Shown here piece by piece: positions 32,099 to 43,811 of a stretch of 64,000 nucleotides of DNA; within the stretch, counting starts at the first letter, position 1, and every line of letters starts with the position of its first letter. The notes below the pieces were generated by a model that saw only the letters and a list, made by a program, of their open reading frames with translations, was not told the DNA's origin and searched no databases. Where the stretch lies: positions 186,001 through 250,000 of the forward strand of contig OZ025802.1 in the NCBI GenBank assembly GCA_964019425.1. The letters are read 5' to 3'. The position numbers and the translations under genes are program-made. This DNA is from Flectonema sp. DT1601. Its lineage: Eukaryota.

Positions 32099-34273
32099 TC
32101 ACTTCATCACTTCAATATCAAACATTGTATTAGCCTCAAAGGGAGGTATTTTAATATTAACCATCGCAGTCAAAGGATCCACGATGGGCTTGCTATCACT
32201 GTGAAGGAGGTGGTTATTACCTGCATCAGTCCACTGTTCAGATCCACAGTGCTGCTGTTTCGCATCAGACTGGAAGAGAGTGTTACTTATTCGAAGAATA
32301 CCATCTTGATGGTGAGGTGGTAATTTTGTGAAATTTCTAACAGCGTAGGCATTTGACTGAAGAAGAGAATTACTCACGACTAAGACACCCTCGACTTTAA
32401 GATTGTAATTATCTCCAATTCGAATTCCAACTTGGCAGTTAGAGAATACAATAACATCTGCTATTGCTGAATGGCTCTTGGGAGAATGTCCTATTTCAAT
32501 TCCTTGTTGGGCTCCAAATATAATTGTGTTCTTAATGATAACTTGTCTTGGTGATGGGATTTGTGATCCACTGAGTGCTACGCCTTCGTGAAGACAGTTG
32601 TGAAGAATTGAATTTTTTATCTGTAGTATTCCACCTGCATGTCCCTTAGAAGAGGCACTGTCAATGCAATCGTCTTTGCTGTTTGCGACTACCAGGGTCT
32701 CGATAGAGGCAGATCCTCCACGGAAATAAAAACCATCGTTGTCCTCATCGACAAACTGACTCTTGTCGTCGGGTAGAGACCCAATGTATGTTTGTTTCAT
32801 TGTGATGTTACAAAAAACACATTCTCCGCCCTGTTCGAGTCCCGTTAAGATATTATTTTCTACTCTTGTAACACTACTATCAGCCAACCCATATCCAGGA
32901 CCATGAAGCTCTAAAGCATAAACGTTACTAGTGGTCAGGCGCCCCCTTGATGAAAAGAGTGGGTATGATTTCCTGTGTTTCCCAGTGTCCTTTGGCCTCT
33001 TTCTTAAACAACCTGAACCACTTGCAATCAAATGACTTACAGTAGCTTCAGCTTCCTGTTCTACGAATAAACCACAATGTGCAGAACCGGGAATCGAACT
33101 GATCATAGAAATAGGGTTTTCAGCGGTGCCGATTAAAGCTAGAGTAGCCTTTGGTTTAACGAGTATCATGGAATTCTTACCCATAAGAATAACAGTACCT
33201 GGGGGTATGGTAATAGATGACTCCTCAGGGATTACAGCGTCTTCTCCTTCTAATATTTCTATTATGAGAAACTTCTTGGAATCACTGCGGAGATCAAGAA
33301 ACTGCTTCCATGATATTGCTGCATTCTTACTTCCTAAAGACGGAAACGTAGCAACAGCCGACTCACCCACCAATTGCGATGATTTTTTTGCATCTCTCGA
33401 TGTTGACAGCCGAGCAGTTATCGTACTACCAACCGTTATAGTTTCCCTTTGAGATGGTGACGCAGGAGGTGGTTGTACTCCTTCTTGAATACCCCAAAAT
33501 GATGTAATTCCTCTATAGAGTATTAAATTACTCTCTCTGTGCACATCTCCTTGAGATGTTAACGATAAGAAAATTGGAACGGCTGCCCACTCAAAAGGTG
33601 TTTGTAACTGACTAGAATGAACAACAGCAAAAACAGGTATAGGATATCCCTCTACATAGCTACTCGGTACTATAAGTTGAACACTCATATCAAGTGAGAG
33701 AGCAACAGGTCTGGCGATGGAATAGAACTTAGGATACTCAAACAATTCAATACCGTACTCAGTACCCTTCCGAGAGTGATGTTGGACAGCCGTAAAGCTA
33801 GAATCTACTACGCAGTCAGGACCAGATTCATTAATAATTTCAAAGCAGTGAAGACCTGCCTTCTTGTAGTTGTGAATATCTGTCGTAGAAACGCTATTAA
33901 TTAAAAGTTTATTGTCTTGTTCTGCGTATACCTCGCTAGGGATGTTTAGTTTGGACTCGTAGTCGCGTTTTAGCCAGTACAGCTGTTTTGATTGTCTGTC
34001 GGAGTCACACATTGGAGTAGTCATTTGTCGATAAGGTGAATAAACTTTTTCTATCTCGTGTGAGACTTCTCCTTCAGAATTCGATAATATTTTAATTGCT
34101 TCATCGTGTTGTTTTTTATATTCTTTATTTCCTCCACGATGTCTTCGAAGGATTTTCTCCTCAGTCCGCTTCTCTCCTTCTGCAGACTTTCTCCATGTAA
34201 CTGCCCAGGTGCTTAATAAAAACCAACAAACTACAAGGACACTACCCACCTTGACTGCTGTCCTGTTGGACAT
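32099..34273 (-). CDS. Membrane-anchored/secreted protein with C-terminal right-handed parallel beta-helix (pectin-lyase-like) repeats
   Basis: 724 aa with an N-terminal hydrophobic anchor. ITIPPGTVILM, GTAENPI, DNDGFYF, DDCIDS, HEGVALS, QQGIEIG and QVGIRIG are typical beta-helix rungs. Confidence 0.7.
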   Translation of the reverse strand: MSNRTAVKVGSVLVVCWFLLSTWAVTWRKSAEGEKRTEEKILRRHRGGNKEYKKQHDEAIKILSNSEGEVSHEIEKVYSPYRQMTTPMCDSDRQSKQLYWLKRDYESKLNIPSEVYAEQDNKLLINSVSTTDIHNYKKAGLHCFEIINESGPDCVVDSSFTAVQHHSRKGTEYGIELFEYPKFYSIARPVALSLDMSVQLIVPSSYVEGYPIPVFAVVHSSQLQTPFEWAAVPIFLSLTSQGDVHRESNLILYRGITSFWGIQEGVQPPPASPSQRETITVGSTITARLSTSRDAKKSSQLVGESAVATFPSLGSKNAAISWKQFLDLRSDSKKFLIIEILEGEDAVIPEESSITIPPGTVILMGKNSMILVKPKATLALIGTAENPISMISSIPGSAHCGLFVEQEAEATVSHLIASGSGCLRKRPKDTGKHRKSYPLFSSRGRLTTSNVYALELHGPGYGLADSSVTRVENNILTGLEQGGECVFCNITMKQTYIGSLPDDKSQFVDEDNDGFYFRGGSASIETLVVANSKDDCIDSASSKGHAGGILQIKNSILHNCLHEGVALSGSQIPSPRQVIIKNTIIFGAQQGIEIGHSPKSHSAIADVIVFSNCQVGIRIGDNYNLKVEGVLVVSNSLLQSNAYAVRNFTKLPPHHQDGILRISNTLFQSDAKQQHCGSEQWTDAGNNHLLHSDSKPIVDPLTAMVNIKIPPFEANTMFDIEVMK

Positions 34274-34864
34274 TTTGCTGGAAACCAGCTGGATGAGAGT
34301 TGTGTATTGTGATGTAGAATAGATTGCCTAAACGTTGTAGGAATCATGTCATCTTGTGGGGAAAGGAGAAAACAATAATACAGCAACGTGATGAATACAA
34401 GTAGAACGCGTACAAGTCATTCTACAGTAATATAGTTAGTTAGTATTAATGGTTATCAATCAAATAAAAAAAATAAAAAATCAAATGCAAAAGTTCGTAG
34501 GACAACAAACAAATAACGGTTGGTTTCGGGCAGTTAGTTTGTTAGTTAGCGAACATGTCGAACACCAGTTGGATAGACACCCCCAGGGAGTCCAATACTA
34601 CAACAATCAGTAAATTCATCATTTCGGAGGTAAATAATTTCTTTTAAAAAAAAACAACGAACAATGCACTCCCTACGTGCGTTGCAAACAAATTGAGAAT
34701 TGACACTTAGCTATGCGTGAACTAGTCAGAGGGCTGACAATTGTTCAAAACTAAAAAAGAAAACTTAAATAATGGAGCTATAAGAATGAACTTCTTGTTT
34801 TTTTTTTTTTTTTTTTGTATTTTCTTAAAAACTAAAAAAGTAGATTATCGTTATGGTAGAATAT

Positions 34865-34898
<34 letters not shown>

Positions 34899-35410
34899 CC
34901 CCGTAACGTAAAGGGGCTCACACGACGTCGAACACAATCACAATTTCAAAACCGACAGTCTCTTTGTAGGACCTCAGCAAACACAAGATACAATTGCGAA
35001 TAACAACGTGTGCACGATAGAAAGAAAAGGGGGAGACAAAGAAGGAGATAACATTAAGATCATTCATCTGTAAAAGAATATGACTGCAAAGACTCTGCCT
35101 GGACGCAGCTTCAAAAAAACACACACACACACAACAAACGAGGTATTAAGAAAACGAACACATCACAAAGATAGCGATTAAGGGGTGACGTTCGATAAAA
35201 AAACGATTATTTTTAAAGCAGTGACTGTGATCAAATGCCTTCCAATCAGATGCAGATTTTTTTGCGAAGTTCTCACGGCCCCCTTATGTTCTTTTTTTAA
35301 AAAAAACAGATAGAAATAAAATAACATAAAGAAATACGAAAAACTAATATAATTTCCTTCCTTAACGGTTACTACAACACTAACGATAACAGACCCATCA
35401 CTATTTTTTT

Positions 35411-36556
35411 TTATCGAATCAATGCCGCTGTTGCTTTAATTTTTCCAGCCAAGAGCGGCAATTGCTCTTCAGATCGTTGAACTGTCGGTTTCCTCGATAA
35501 TCGCAACGCGTATAATATCAAAATCAGCACTAATGCAAATGTGAACGTAAACATACTCGCAGGAGCAGACTCAGCTCCTTCCGGAATACGTCTCCGTACT
35601 GAAGCGTTGATAGCAGCATTGCAGGTAACGCAAGATAAATTACACTCCATGTGATTTGAACGTATTAATGCCATTTGAGGAACTGTCAACGCTTGGCATG
35701 TTGCATATGATATAATTCTTACTCTGTTAGATATCCCAGAAGTTAAAACTGCAGGTCTGATCCGAACAACTTGACGAGGTGATATTTTCGACAATGCCAA
35801 GCTCGTTAAGTTTCTGAGACATTCTTCTTCGATGACAGAAAACAATTCTGAACTCATCTGTGCAATGCAGACTGGTGAGAACCCACCACATATACCACTT
35901 GATTGAAATTTTTTGACGTGTGCCAAACTCAAAAGCCCACAATTCGATGACATATAACCCATCTTCTCAACCGTCAGCTCAAGAGAGTCTACCGGAATAG
36001 CCTGAAAAGCCGACGGGTTAATATCATAAAAGAAATCCTTTGAAACACGACTAATGCATCCAGCTGTGATCTGAGGTACTATATTTGTTGTCATCCAGTT
36101 AACGCAGCCTGTTTTTAAACCTGAACAGGAAATTGGGTTTCGCATTATATAGTCGAACTGTGATGAAGATATTCCCTTACAACTCTCATTAGGAATGTAG
36201 TGAATAACCTTAGCCGGGATGTTGTGGAATGATGATGGTGGAATAAAAGCAATCTGAGGTGCCGATACAAAAAACAACGCAACTTCAGCAAGACTAGCAA
36301 AGCACTCAAATCCCATCCCAGCCATTGCCTCCGGTATTGAGTACGAAAAACAACCTCTAAATCCACTACAGCTTGTGGGTTGCAAAAGTTTTATATCTTC
36401 TTCCTGCAAAGCGACACACGCAGTGTCTGGTATACACGCGATGTCCTCTGGGCTCGCAGAACTCCATTCCGTCGGTGTTACTTCTCTCAACGTTATATTG
36501 GTGACATTACACCAAATCACACCCACGGCAGAGATAGTCGTCACTACAGCAAGCAT
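35411..36556 (-). CDS. Hypothetical type I membrane protein with Cys-containing degenerate repeats
   Basis: 381 aa with an N-terminal signal, recurring CSG/CGG...C units and a C-terminal TM helix (FTFTFALVLILILYAL). Confidence 0.65.
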   Translation of the reverse strand: MLAVVTTISAVGVIWCNVTNITLREVTPTEWSSASPEDIACIPDTACVALQEEDIKLLQPTSCSGFRGCFSYSIPEAMAGMGFECFASLAEVALFFVSAPQIAFIPPSSFHNIPAKVIHYIPNESCKGISSSQFDYIMRNPISCSGLKTGCVNWMTTNIVPQITAGCISRVSKDFFYDINPSAFQAIPVDSLELTVEKMGYMSSNCGLLSLAHVKKFQSSGICGGFSPVCIAQMSSELFSVIEEECLRNLTSLALSKISPRQVVRIRPAVLTSGISNRVRIISYATCQALTVPQMALIRSNHMECNLSCVTCNAAINASVRRRIPEGAESAPASMFTFTFALVLILILYALRLSRKPTVQRSEEQLPLLAGKIKATAALIR

Positions 36557-36631
36557 TTTATATTAACATGGCTCTGTTTTTGATGGAGGGGGGAAAAAAT
36601 TTCTTTATGTAAAATAGTGCGCCACACCGTG

Positions 36632-36667
36632 TATTATGAATGTTCCAGGAGGGTAACTCACAGCAAC
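36632..36667 (+). repeat. 36-bp dispersed repeat (second copy at 38299-38334)
   Basis: TATTATGAATGTTCCAGGAGGGTAACTCACAGCAAC versus TATTATGAGTGATCTAGGAGGGTAACTCACAGCAAC, 3 mismatches. Confidence 0.75.
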
Positions 36668-37381
36668 GAGAAGACCTAATCCATCCAGGTTTGTTATGCA
36701 GAATCACTTTAGAAATTATTAAAAAAAAAAACTTATGCAAGATCGACACAATAAAAAAAAAAAAAAGAATAATAATAATAATAATTAAAAAGTTTAATAA
36801 AAAAAAACATTAACACAAGTGGAGGTAAAAGAAGAAGAAGAAGAAAAAAAAAAAAGAACACCCTTCAGCAATACTATTATTAGTTTGAGTAGACTCGACG
36901 TGAAAGCCCATTAGACAATTAAAATTATGAAATAAGCATGTAAATCTAATCTATACCTTGTGAAAAAGAATCGGTAAGCTTTACTTTTTTACTTTCTTAC
37001 TCACACTTTTGTTTTGTTTTGTGCGCAACCAGGTACAAAATCCTAATAAAGGAATAGGTTAGTTACGCTGACACAATTTTCTTTCCACCGAACAATGAGT
37101 TTGTAGTACAAAAAAAAAAAAAAAAAAGTAGGAGAAAAAAAAAGTGTAAATGTGGGATGCATATCTAGTTTTAGTTTTGCAACTTTTTCTGTTCTGCTCT
37201 TCAGAACTTTTGTTCGTACAAAGAAACTAAATAGCAACCAAAACAAGATTTTAAAAAAATGAACGAAAAAAAAATTGGTTCGAAAGGTCAAACAAAAAAA
37301 AAAAAAAACGAAAAACATGATTAACTTGGGACAGTGGTCACCAACGACAAAAAGAAGAAAAAAAAAAAAGAAATATATAAC

Positions 37382-37870
37382 TCACTTTTCGTTTAAACCA
37401 TACTCGCACATGAATTGATCGACATCGTTTGGATTCCCTTCAGGATTTACGGCGTTTTTCGCTCGCTCTTGGGAACGTTTTTCCTCGATTTCGGCTTCTG
37501 GAGGAGGATTATGAATCACTCGAAGTGTCTCAATTCGCGAATCAGAAGTCCTCCTGAATTTTTGAAAACTTTCTTTCTCATCGTTATCCAGACCAAATGT
37601 TGTTAGGTATTCATCTATTTTTCCAGCAAAGTGATGCTTTAACAACTCAATAAACTGATCACAAGTAATCCCTTCTTCTGAACCCATCTTCCTGAAGTCA
37701 TCCAAAATTGTGTTTTGAGATTCCTCGCTGCATTCTTTCCCAAGAACTTGTGGTAATATCTGAAGCATTTCTTCTTCATCGACAAACCCGTTCTCGTTTA
37801 AATCGGTCATGCGAAACACTTTTGTTGCTTTCTCTACTTCACCCTTAGTCAGAACAACGACGCCCTCCAT
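37382..37870 (-). CDS. EF-hand calcium-binding protein
   Basis: Canonical loop DLNENGFVDEEE plus a degenerate second hand (GITCDQFIELL). Confidence 0.75.
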   Translation of the reverse strand: MEGVVVLTKGEVEKATKVFRMTDLNENGFVDEEEMLQILPQVLGKECSEESQNTILDDFRKMGSEEGITCDQFIELLKHHFAGKIDEYLTTFGLDNDEKESFQKFRRTSDSRIETLRVIHNPPPEAEIEEKRSQERAKNAVNPEGNPNDVDQFMCEYGLNEK

Positions 37871-37990
37871 GTTTTATAGGTGTATGCTGTTTGAGAATGT
37901 TTTTTTTACAATATTTTTTTTTTTTTTTTTTTTTAAAAATGAAAATTGTTGAGATTGTTCAGAGTTAGCATGCAGCTATTATCCAGCAGA

Positions 37991-38088
37991 GGGATCAGCT
38001 GTTTGATTTCGTACGTGAAAATACAAATGTATTGTATCATAAAACAATGATAATTTAACATTAGTTTTTAGATACAGTTGACTACAGG
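37991..38088 (+). repeat. ~100-bp dispersed repeat, copy 2
   Basis: CTGTTTGATTTCGTACGTGAAAATACAAATGTATTGTATCATAAAACAATGATAATTTAACATTAGTTTTTAGATACAGT matches the inverse of 23821-23922. Confidence 0.82.
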
Positions 38089-38413
38089 TAATGTTAGTGT
38101 AGGCAATTTGACATTATTAATATAGGGAGAGTTGATTTATTTTTTTATTTTTTTAATTTATTTATTTATGAAGCTTACCAGCAACCGTTGAGACTCTCAC
38201 AGATTTAACAAAATAAAAAAAAAATAAAAAAAAATTCAATCAGCGACATCGTAGAGACATCAGAACAACATAAGCTATTTAATCCAAACGTTACTGTTTA
38301 TTATGAGTGATCTAGGAGGGTAACTCACAGCAACAGAGGATGCAGCCGTTTTCGAAGCGGTTGAAGACTGTTTCTAAAAAAAGAAATAAAAGGAAAAACT
38401 AAAGTAGAACCAG

Positions 38414-38657
38414 AACAGTCACCTTCTCGAAACGAGAAGTTAGTTCACAAAGAACGACCGATGGCTACCAAATCACAAGTGGAATCACTCTCCCATGATC
38501 GCAGTAAAAGCTGTCGTTTTCTTATTGCTCACCCGTCAGAATAGGGGACCAGATTAGACTTTTCTACTGAACGAATATAAAAAAATAAATAAATAAAAAA
38601 ACCAAAACCCAAAAAAAAACAGTCACCCCCTCGAAACGAGGGGTCCATACACAAAGA
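38414..38657. repeat. Two 40-bp direct repeats, each containing a hairpin (38414-38453, 38618-38657)
   Basis: AACAGTCAC-CTTCTCG-AAA-CGAGAAG-TTAGTT-CACAAAGA and AACAGTCAC-CCCCTCG-AAA-CGAGGGG-TCCATA-CACAAAGA. Confidence 0.75.
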
Positions 38658-40026
38658 CTGATATGAAATTCAATACCCTACCTCACCAACGACTTCGTAT
38701 CCTAATTATATTAAGAGGAGAGTGCTATTAAACTCTTCCTACTCATGAGCCATATCGATGAGGAGTTTCCATTTATTTTGTTATTTGAAATCGAGAAAAG
38801 TAAAAGTCCCACTTCACAACTCACGGAGTCAGACCCTCACATGATTGGAAGACAAACACTTTCCCGACACAAACTATGAAAAAAAAAAGAACAAAATAGG
38901 TAAAATCGAATTTTCATTATTGTAAAAAAAACACGCAGGTAACCCACGTCCGCGTTAATACGCGTAAAAGAATAATTGAGAGAGAGGAGAAAAGAGTTAG
39001 ATGATACCCAACAAGAGCAAAAAGAACATTACATCACAAAAGTACAACGAGAACTCGTATTGTGGAAAACACAGCGAACACCTTACGGGGTCACAAGCTC
39101 ACGGAGAATGTAAGTCTTGGCTTTCCACATACATAGCTGGTAGAATCTCACAGCTTCAATAGACGATGGGCACTCGTTCTGTTGATACTAACAAGGTTAT
39201 TGACTTGAGATATGTAGCCTCAGCAGAGATATGCTCTACTAGTTAGCTCATCATCCCATATGATCATATCCTTCAGAAAGATATCACTACCAGGACTTCA
39301 ATAGGTGTACTTATGCTTTGATATGTTACTTTCAGTTCCAGTGCGGTCATAGATCAGATAAGAAATCTACTACACTTTATTGTGCATCACTGACACAGTA
39401 AACTATAGAGCAAAGGGTTAACTCTAGAGAGCTACAAAGCAGCAGCAAACGCTAATAGACTCTCTCTTGTTAGGATAGTTATGGAAAAGACTCAGGCTGA
39501 CAGAGGGCATCCTGAACACAGCGTGCTATTGTCAGTCAATCGCTACCAAAAACATTATAAAAAAGATTAAATGGTGAAGAAGAAAAAAGATGACTTCACC
39601 GAGGCCTCACTGAGTGCATGTGTAATAAGTCAGTTTTTGTGTGAAAACTGCTTTCTCAATGAGGTTCTAACAGAATAAGCAGCAAAGGGTTTGTGAAAAA
39701 AAAGAAACAATCTCCTCACGCTGCCACCCTATGGCAAAGCAAACTACGCGACCTGCTTTAGCCTTCGGCAAAAGAATAGTTTTGCAAAACAAGCATAAAA
39801 ATAATAGAGAGGGACGAAAAAAAATGAATAAATTGCTACCCAATAAGGGACTACAATGACGCCTATGGCGAACGGGAGAGGTAAAATATGAGTTTAAAAA
39901 TAATAATACTCAGTTCTTCAAAGAACCTGATAACACGGACTCTTTAAAACGAGTCCACTACAGCAAAACAAGACTTATTTTCTTACAAAAGAAAAAAGAA
40001 AATAATAGAAAATCGCAAATAAGAGC

Positions 40027-41001
40027 CTACTGCTTCTTCAAAACCGCCTCAGAATTTTCAATATAAGTTCCAAACAACCAATCAAGAGGTACAACAGTAT
40101 CTCCATAATTATAATCAAAGTGAGCATGGTGAAGGTAGTGAAAATAGACTCCAGCAGAAGGAGTTCCAAATCCATCATGTGCTAACCAAGCATCAACAGA
40201 CAAGCACAGCTTACATACTACAAATATCAAAGGATGAGCACCTAACATAATAGGAATTAATAAAGCTGAGTAGTAGATAGTGGCTTCAATAGGATGCATT
40301 GCGGTACCACTGAACGCTGTTGGGTTTACACTTTTGTGATGATGGGAATGAACATAACGGTACAACACAGTACCGATATCAGGGATTATCGAATTTTTTA
40401 TTCTCCATGGATGCATAGCACGGTGGACAATATAAAAATGAGTCAACCTCCAGTACGTCAAAGTCACTAGAAGAGCGATGCTGAACATATCAGAAAACAT
40501 TAACGACAAAGAATAATAATCTACCTCTGGAGAATATTTGTTAGCTAAAAAATGAAGACCACCAATTTCAACAACAGAAGCACAAATAGTTGACAAGACC
40601 GTAAATAACACATCGTGATAAATTTGGTTTGTTGGAGGCTGATTCACATTCATTTTAAAAGGCTGCATTTGATACTTCCACGGCGATTTGTCAGAATAGA
40701 GAAGCCAGTCCCAAGATCCGCAGAATGCTATTGCGAAGATTAAATCTCTGACAATAATTGGTCTCATCCAATTCCAGTCAAACTCCACTGCGGCACCCGA
40801 CTCTAAAGGGCTGATGATATCCGTCCAAAACAGAATGGCTAATACTAATTTAGGTGTGATCCCAATGACGGTATTCAAAATTTCAAAAATTGTTTTTTGA
40901 AAATCAGGAGCTTTGAATGGTTCTGACGGCTTCGCACCCTCCTTCATCACCATCATCGAAATCAGATTTCCAATCGGAAAGATAGCCCCATTTGAAGACA
41001 T
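40027..41001 (-). CDS. Sterol desaturase / fatty-acid hydroxylase superfamily protein
   Basis: Three His boxes (HRAMH, HSHHH, HYLHH), plus MHPIE, NYG and DWLFGT, and TM helices. Confidence 0.88.
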   Translation of the reverse strand: MSSNGAIFPIGNLISMMVMKEGAKPSEPFKAPDFQKTIFEILNTVIGITPKLVLAILFWTDIISPLESGAAVEFDWNWMRPIIVRDLIFAIAFCGSWDWLLYSDKSPWKYQMQPFKMNVNQPPTNQIYHDVLFTVLSTICASVVEIGGLHFLANKYSPEVDYYSLSLMFSDMFSIALLVTLTYWRLTHFYIVHRAMHPWRIKNSIIPDIGTVLYRYVHSHHHKSVNPTAFSGTAMHPIEATIYYSALLIPIMLGAHPLIFVVCKLCLSVDAWLAHDGFGTPSAGVYFHYLHHAHFDYNYGDTVVPLDWLFGTYIENSEAVLKKQ

Positions 41002-41550
41002 GTATTTGTTGTAATAAAAAACTACTTTAAAAGAAAAAAAAATGATTTAACAAAAATCATAAGTATAAGGATAACTTTAAATAAGTTGAATTTATTACCC
41101 TTTTATGTGGATCATAACGTCGGTATTTATTTATTTATTTATTTTTTTTTAAAAAGTTAAGAGTCAGTCAGTCAGACACAAACAGAATTTTTCTAACAGC
41201 AAAGAACAGTAACGTAATAGCAAAAAAATGCATGATTTTTTTTTTTTTTTTTTTTACAAAGATTACGAGTAGAAATGAGATCCCACACCTGGAATTGGGG
41301 CATGTTTGAGTTGTAAATGCCCACAGTTTACCGTTGACCAGAATCGGTACCATACTTTTGACATCCACCCATTATGGAAAAACAAGAAAAAAAAAAAAAA
41401 GAAAAAAAGAAAAAAAAACCCTCTGTATAAATCACAGCCATTGTTGTGCTTTTAACTAAAAAAAAACTGTAAAACTGCTCTGCAAGACAACTAAATGGTT
41501 GCAGGAAAATTTATTTAAAAAAAAAAAAAAAAAAAGCAATTCTACGGGTA

Positions 41551-43072
41551 CTATCCACCAATACCAAGAGTTCGTAGAATGCTCGCCATTTCGTAATCAA
41601 TAGTTTGTTGTAATGTACGAACTTGTGTGTGTTGTTCTTGAAGTCGATGGTCGAGTTCTACCAAATAATGTTTCAACTGAGTCAGTTTATCTTCAAGAAC
41701 CGGATCCATGCTGGGAAGGATAGCACCCTTCACATCAAACCTCGCACGTCTGAACCCCTTTATAGCTCCGTATACCTTATTAGATTTGTGTGATTGAATC
41801 GAAGTCATCTTTCTCTTCTTTAAAAGGTGCTGCTTGAAGACTGCTTGAAGAAGAAACGCAGCTTTTTCTTCATATACTCTAAGAGTACTTCTAACAGCTA
41901 AGTATTCCACTATATACCGTTGAATTTTAGTCGGTGCAAGCTTGTTAGTAAGCACTCCACTAAATATAGTAGTGATTACGACACCAGTAATACCCAATAA
42001 AACAGTACAAATCCTTCCAGAGATTGTTTGGGGGACGAAGTCACCAAAGCCGATGGTAGTAAACGTAATGAATGAGAACCAAAGAACGTTTTCCAATCTT
42101 CCAAATTCATCTTTCTGTTCATTTCTCTCAAGCAAAAATATCATAAATGAGAACACTGTTATGCTGCTTGCCAATGCCGTGCACAATACTAAAACTGTTT
42201 TATTATAAAAAAGCATTTTAAGAGTCAGTCCCATTTTGATTCGTAAATTCATGGTTTGAAATTCTCGATTGCTATTAATAATCTCAATACGAAGCTTATA
42301 TGGTCTCGAAAAAGTATGAAGCATTCTACTAAACAAGTACAATCGAGTAAACATAAAAATCTGACAAAGTGTATACAGGGATGTCGAAAATGATTGGAAC
42401 ACGAATAAAGGATGAATTACGTGAATCAGAATTTCTAAAATATACATGTTCTTTAACCAAGATGATCTCCAAAAGCTGTATGCCGCTTCTATAGTTCGTG
42501 ATTGCATGTCGTTGGTTGGATCGTCGATTCCCGACCATTCTTTTCTTTTATTGATTAATAATAATCTATAAAACTGGGTTATCAAACAACAAGCAACAAC
42601 AGTCGTGAGTGAAACTATAATTTGAAGACATAATATGACAGTTTTCATTGTAGGGTTGGCTGTGTCCCAGGTAGTATCGGTTCTGAATTCACCAGTGTAC
42701 CAAGTAACACAGCCACCAATTATCATTGACACTACTCCAGTCATTGAAAATATAATAATGTGTTGTGTCTTCGTCCTCATCAGCTGATCGTATGCCTTGT
42801 CTTCTCTCTCATGACCAACTTTTCTACGCAACATCTTTCCTACTCTGTAAAGAACCATAATGCGTTGGTGCATCTGAGCCTCTGATACTTGTGATTCTGG
42901 GGCTGTGTGTTCATTTTTATTTTATTTTTTCTTTCTGACCCCCCCCCCCAGTCAAGTTAAACAATACACTGGCTCCCTCAGAGCAGTTATGGTTTTTTTT
43001 TGAAAAAATTCAAAATAATTGTTACATACGTTGAACCACAGTACTTTGCGCATTTCTCCTTTCCACCGACAT
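41551..43072 (-). CDS. Small-conductance Ca2+-activated (SK/KCNN-like) potassium channel; 2 exons (43030-43072, 41551-42902)
   Basis: Six TM segments, pore WFSFITFTTIGFGDFVP, RLYLFSR S4-like helix, and C-terminal helical/coiled-coil region. A GTATGT...ACACAG intron (42903-43029) joins an upstream ATG exon in frame (MSVERRNAQSTVVQPPESQVSEAQMHQR). Confidence 0.82.
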
Positions 43073-43811
43073 CTTGCCAAGGAACTGAGGGGGGAAAATT
43101 GATAGTTTATTTTCAAGCTACAACAGTCTCACGAAATGTTGTTATTAATTCCTGAACTATGGTCAGTTGACATTGGCTCTTCTCCAATCGCAGAACTCCG
43201 TTAAAAGAGACTAGCAATTTACACAGCTGTGGTTCTGTTGTTTTTCTACATTTGCTTTTCATCACACCGCTTCGAAACGGAGTTTCTTTCAACAAAAAAC
43301 AATACCTAGCTTCACAGAGGGAGGCAATGAACCTTTTATCATTAATTTACGTTTGCTACCATATTCTTCCAATTGCAAAAAAAAAGAAAAAACACAAAAT
43401 CGTTGCTACAACTGCAGTGATACTCCGATGAAAGAGACTGGCAGTTGGACAGCTTTGTGTAAAAAAGCAAGAAAAGGAAGGAAGAGCAGAGAGGAGAAAA
43501 TAATAGGTTTCCGGTATTCCAAATGTATTAAACAGCGAGCCATCATTAATTATCATAAAAACGCTTGCCTATGATATGACTACGAGTGACTTTGCTCCAA
43601 CCCGTGAACCTAATAAACAAAAAGAGAGCTGAAATGTGAAAACGTAAGTTTCTCTTCAAAAGAAAAAAACACACAAAGAAAATTTCCTATTACTTTATTC
43701 TTCTACTTCAGACTGCTGATAAAAACATAACGTAATACTGACACGGGAAATGGCAAACGTTCTTATCAATCATCATAAAGATATTCATGTAGTCAACAAT
43801 TCTGACTACAA

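Noticed and set aside
38299..38365. Helitron 3' end (hairpin + CTAG)
   Set aside because: Hairpin-to-CTRR spacing and the flanking base do not fit, and no 5' TC end could be identified.
39100..39570. Coding-like intergenic stretch, possibly a decayed gene or retroelement
   Set aside because: Only short open frames with no recognisable motif.
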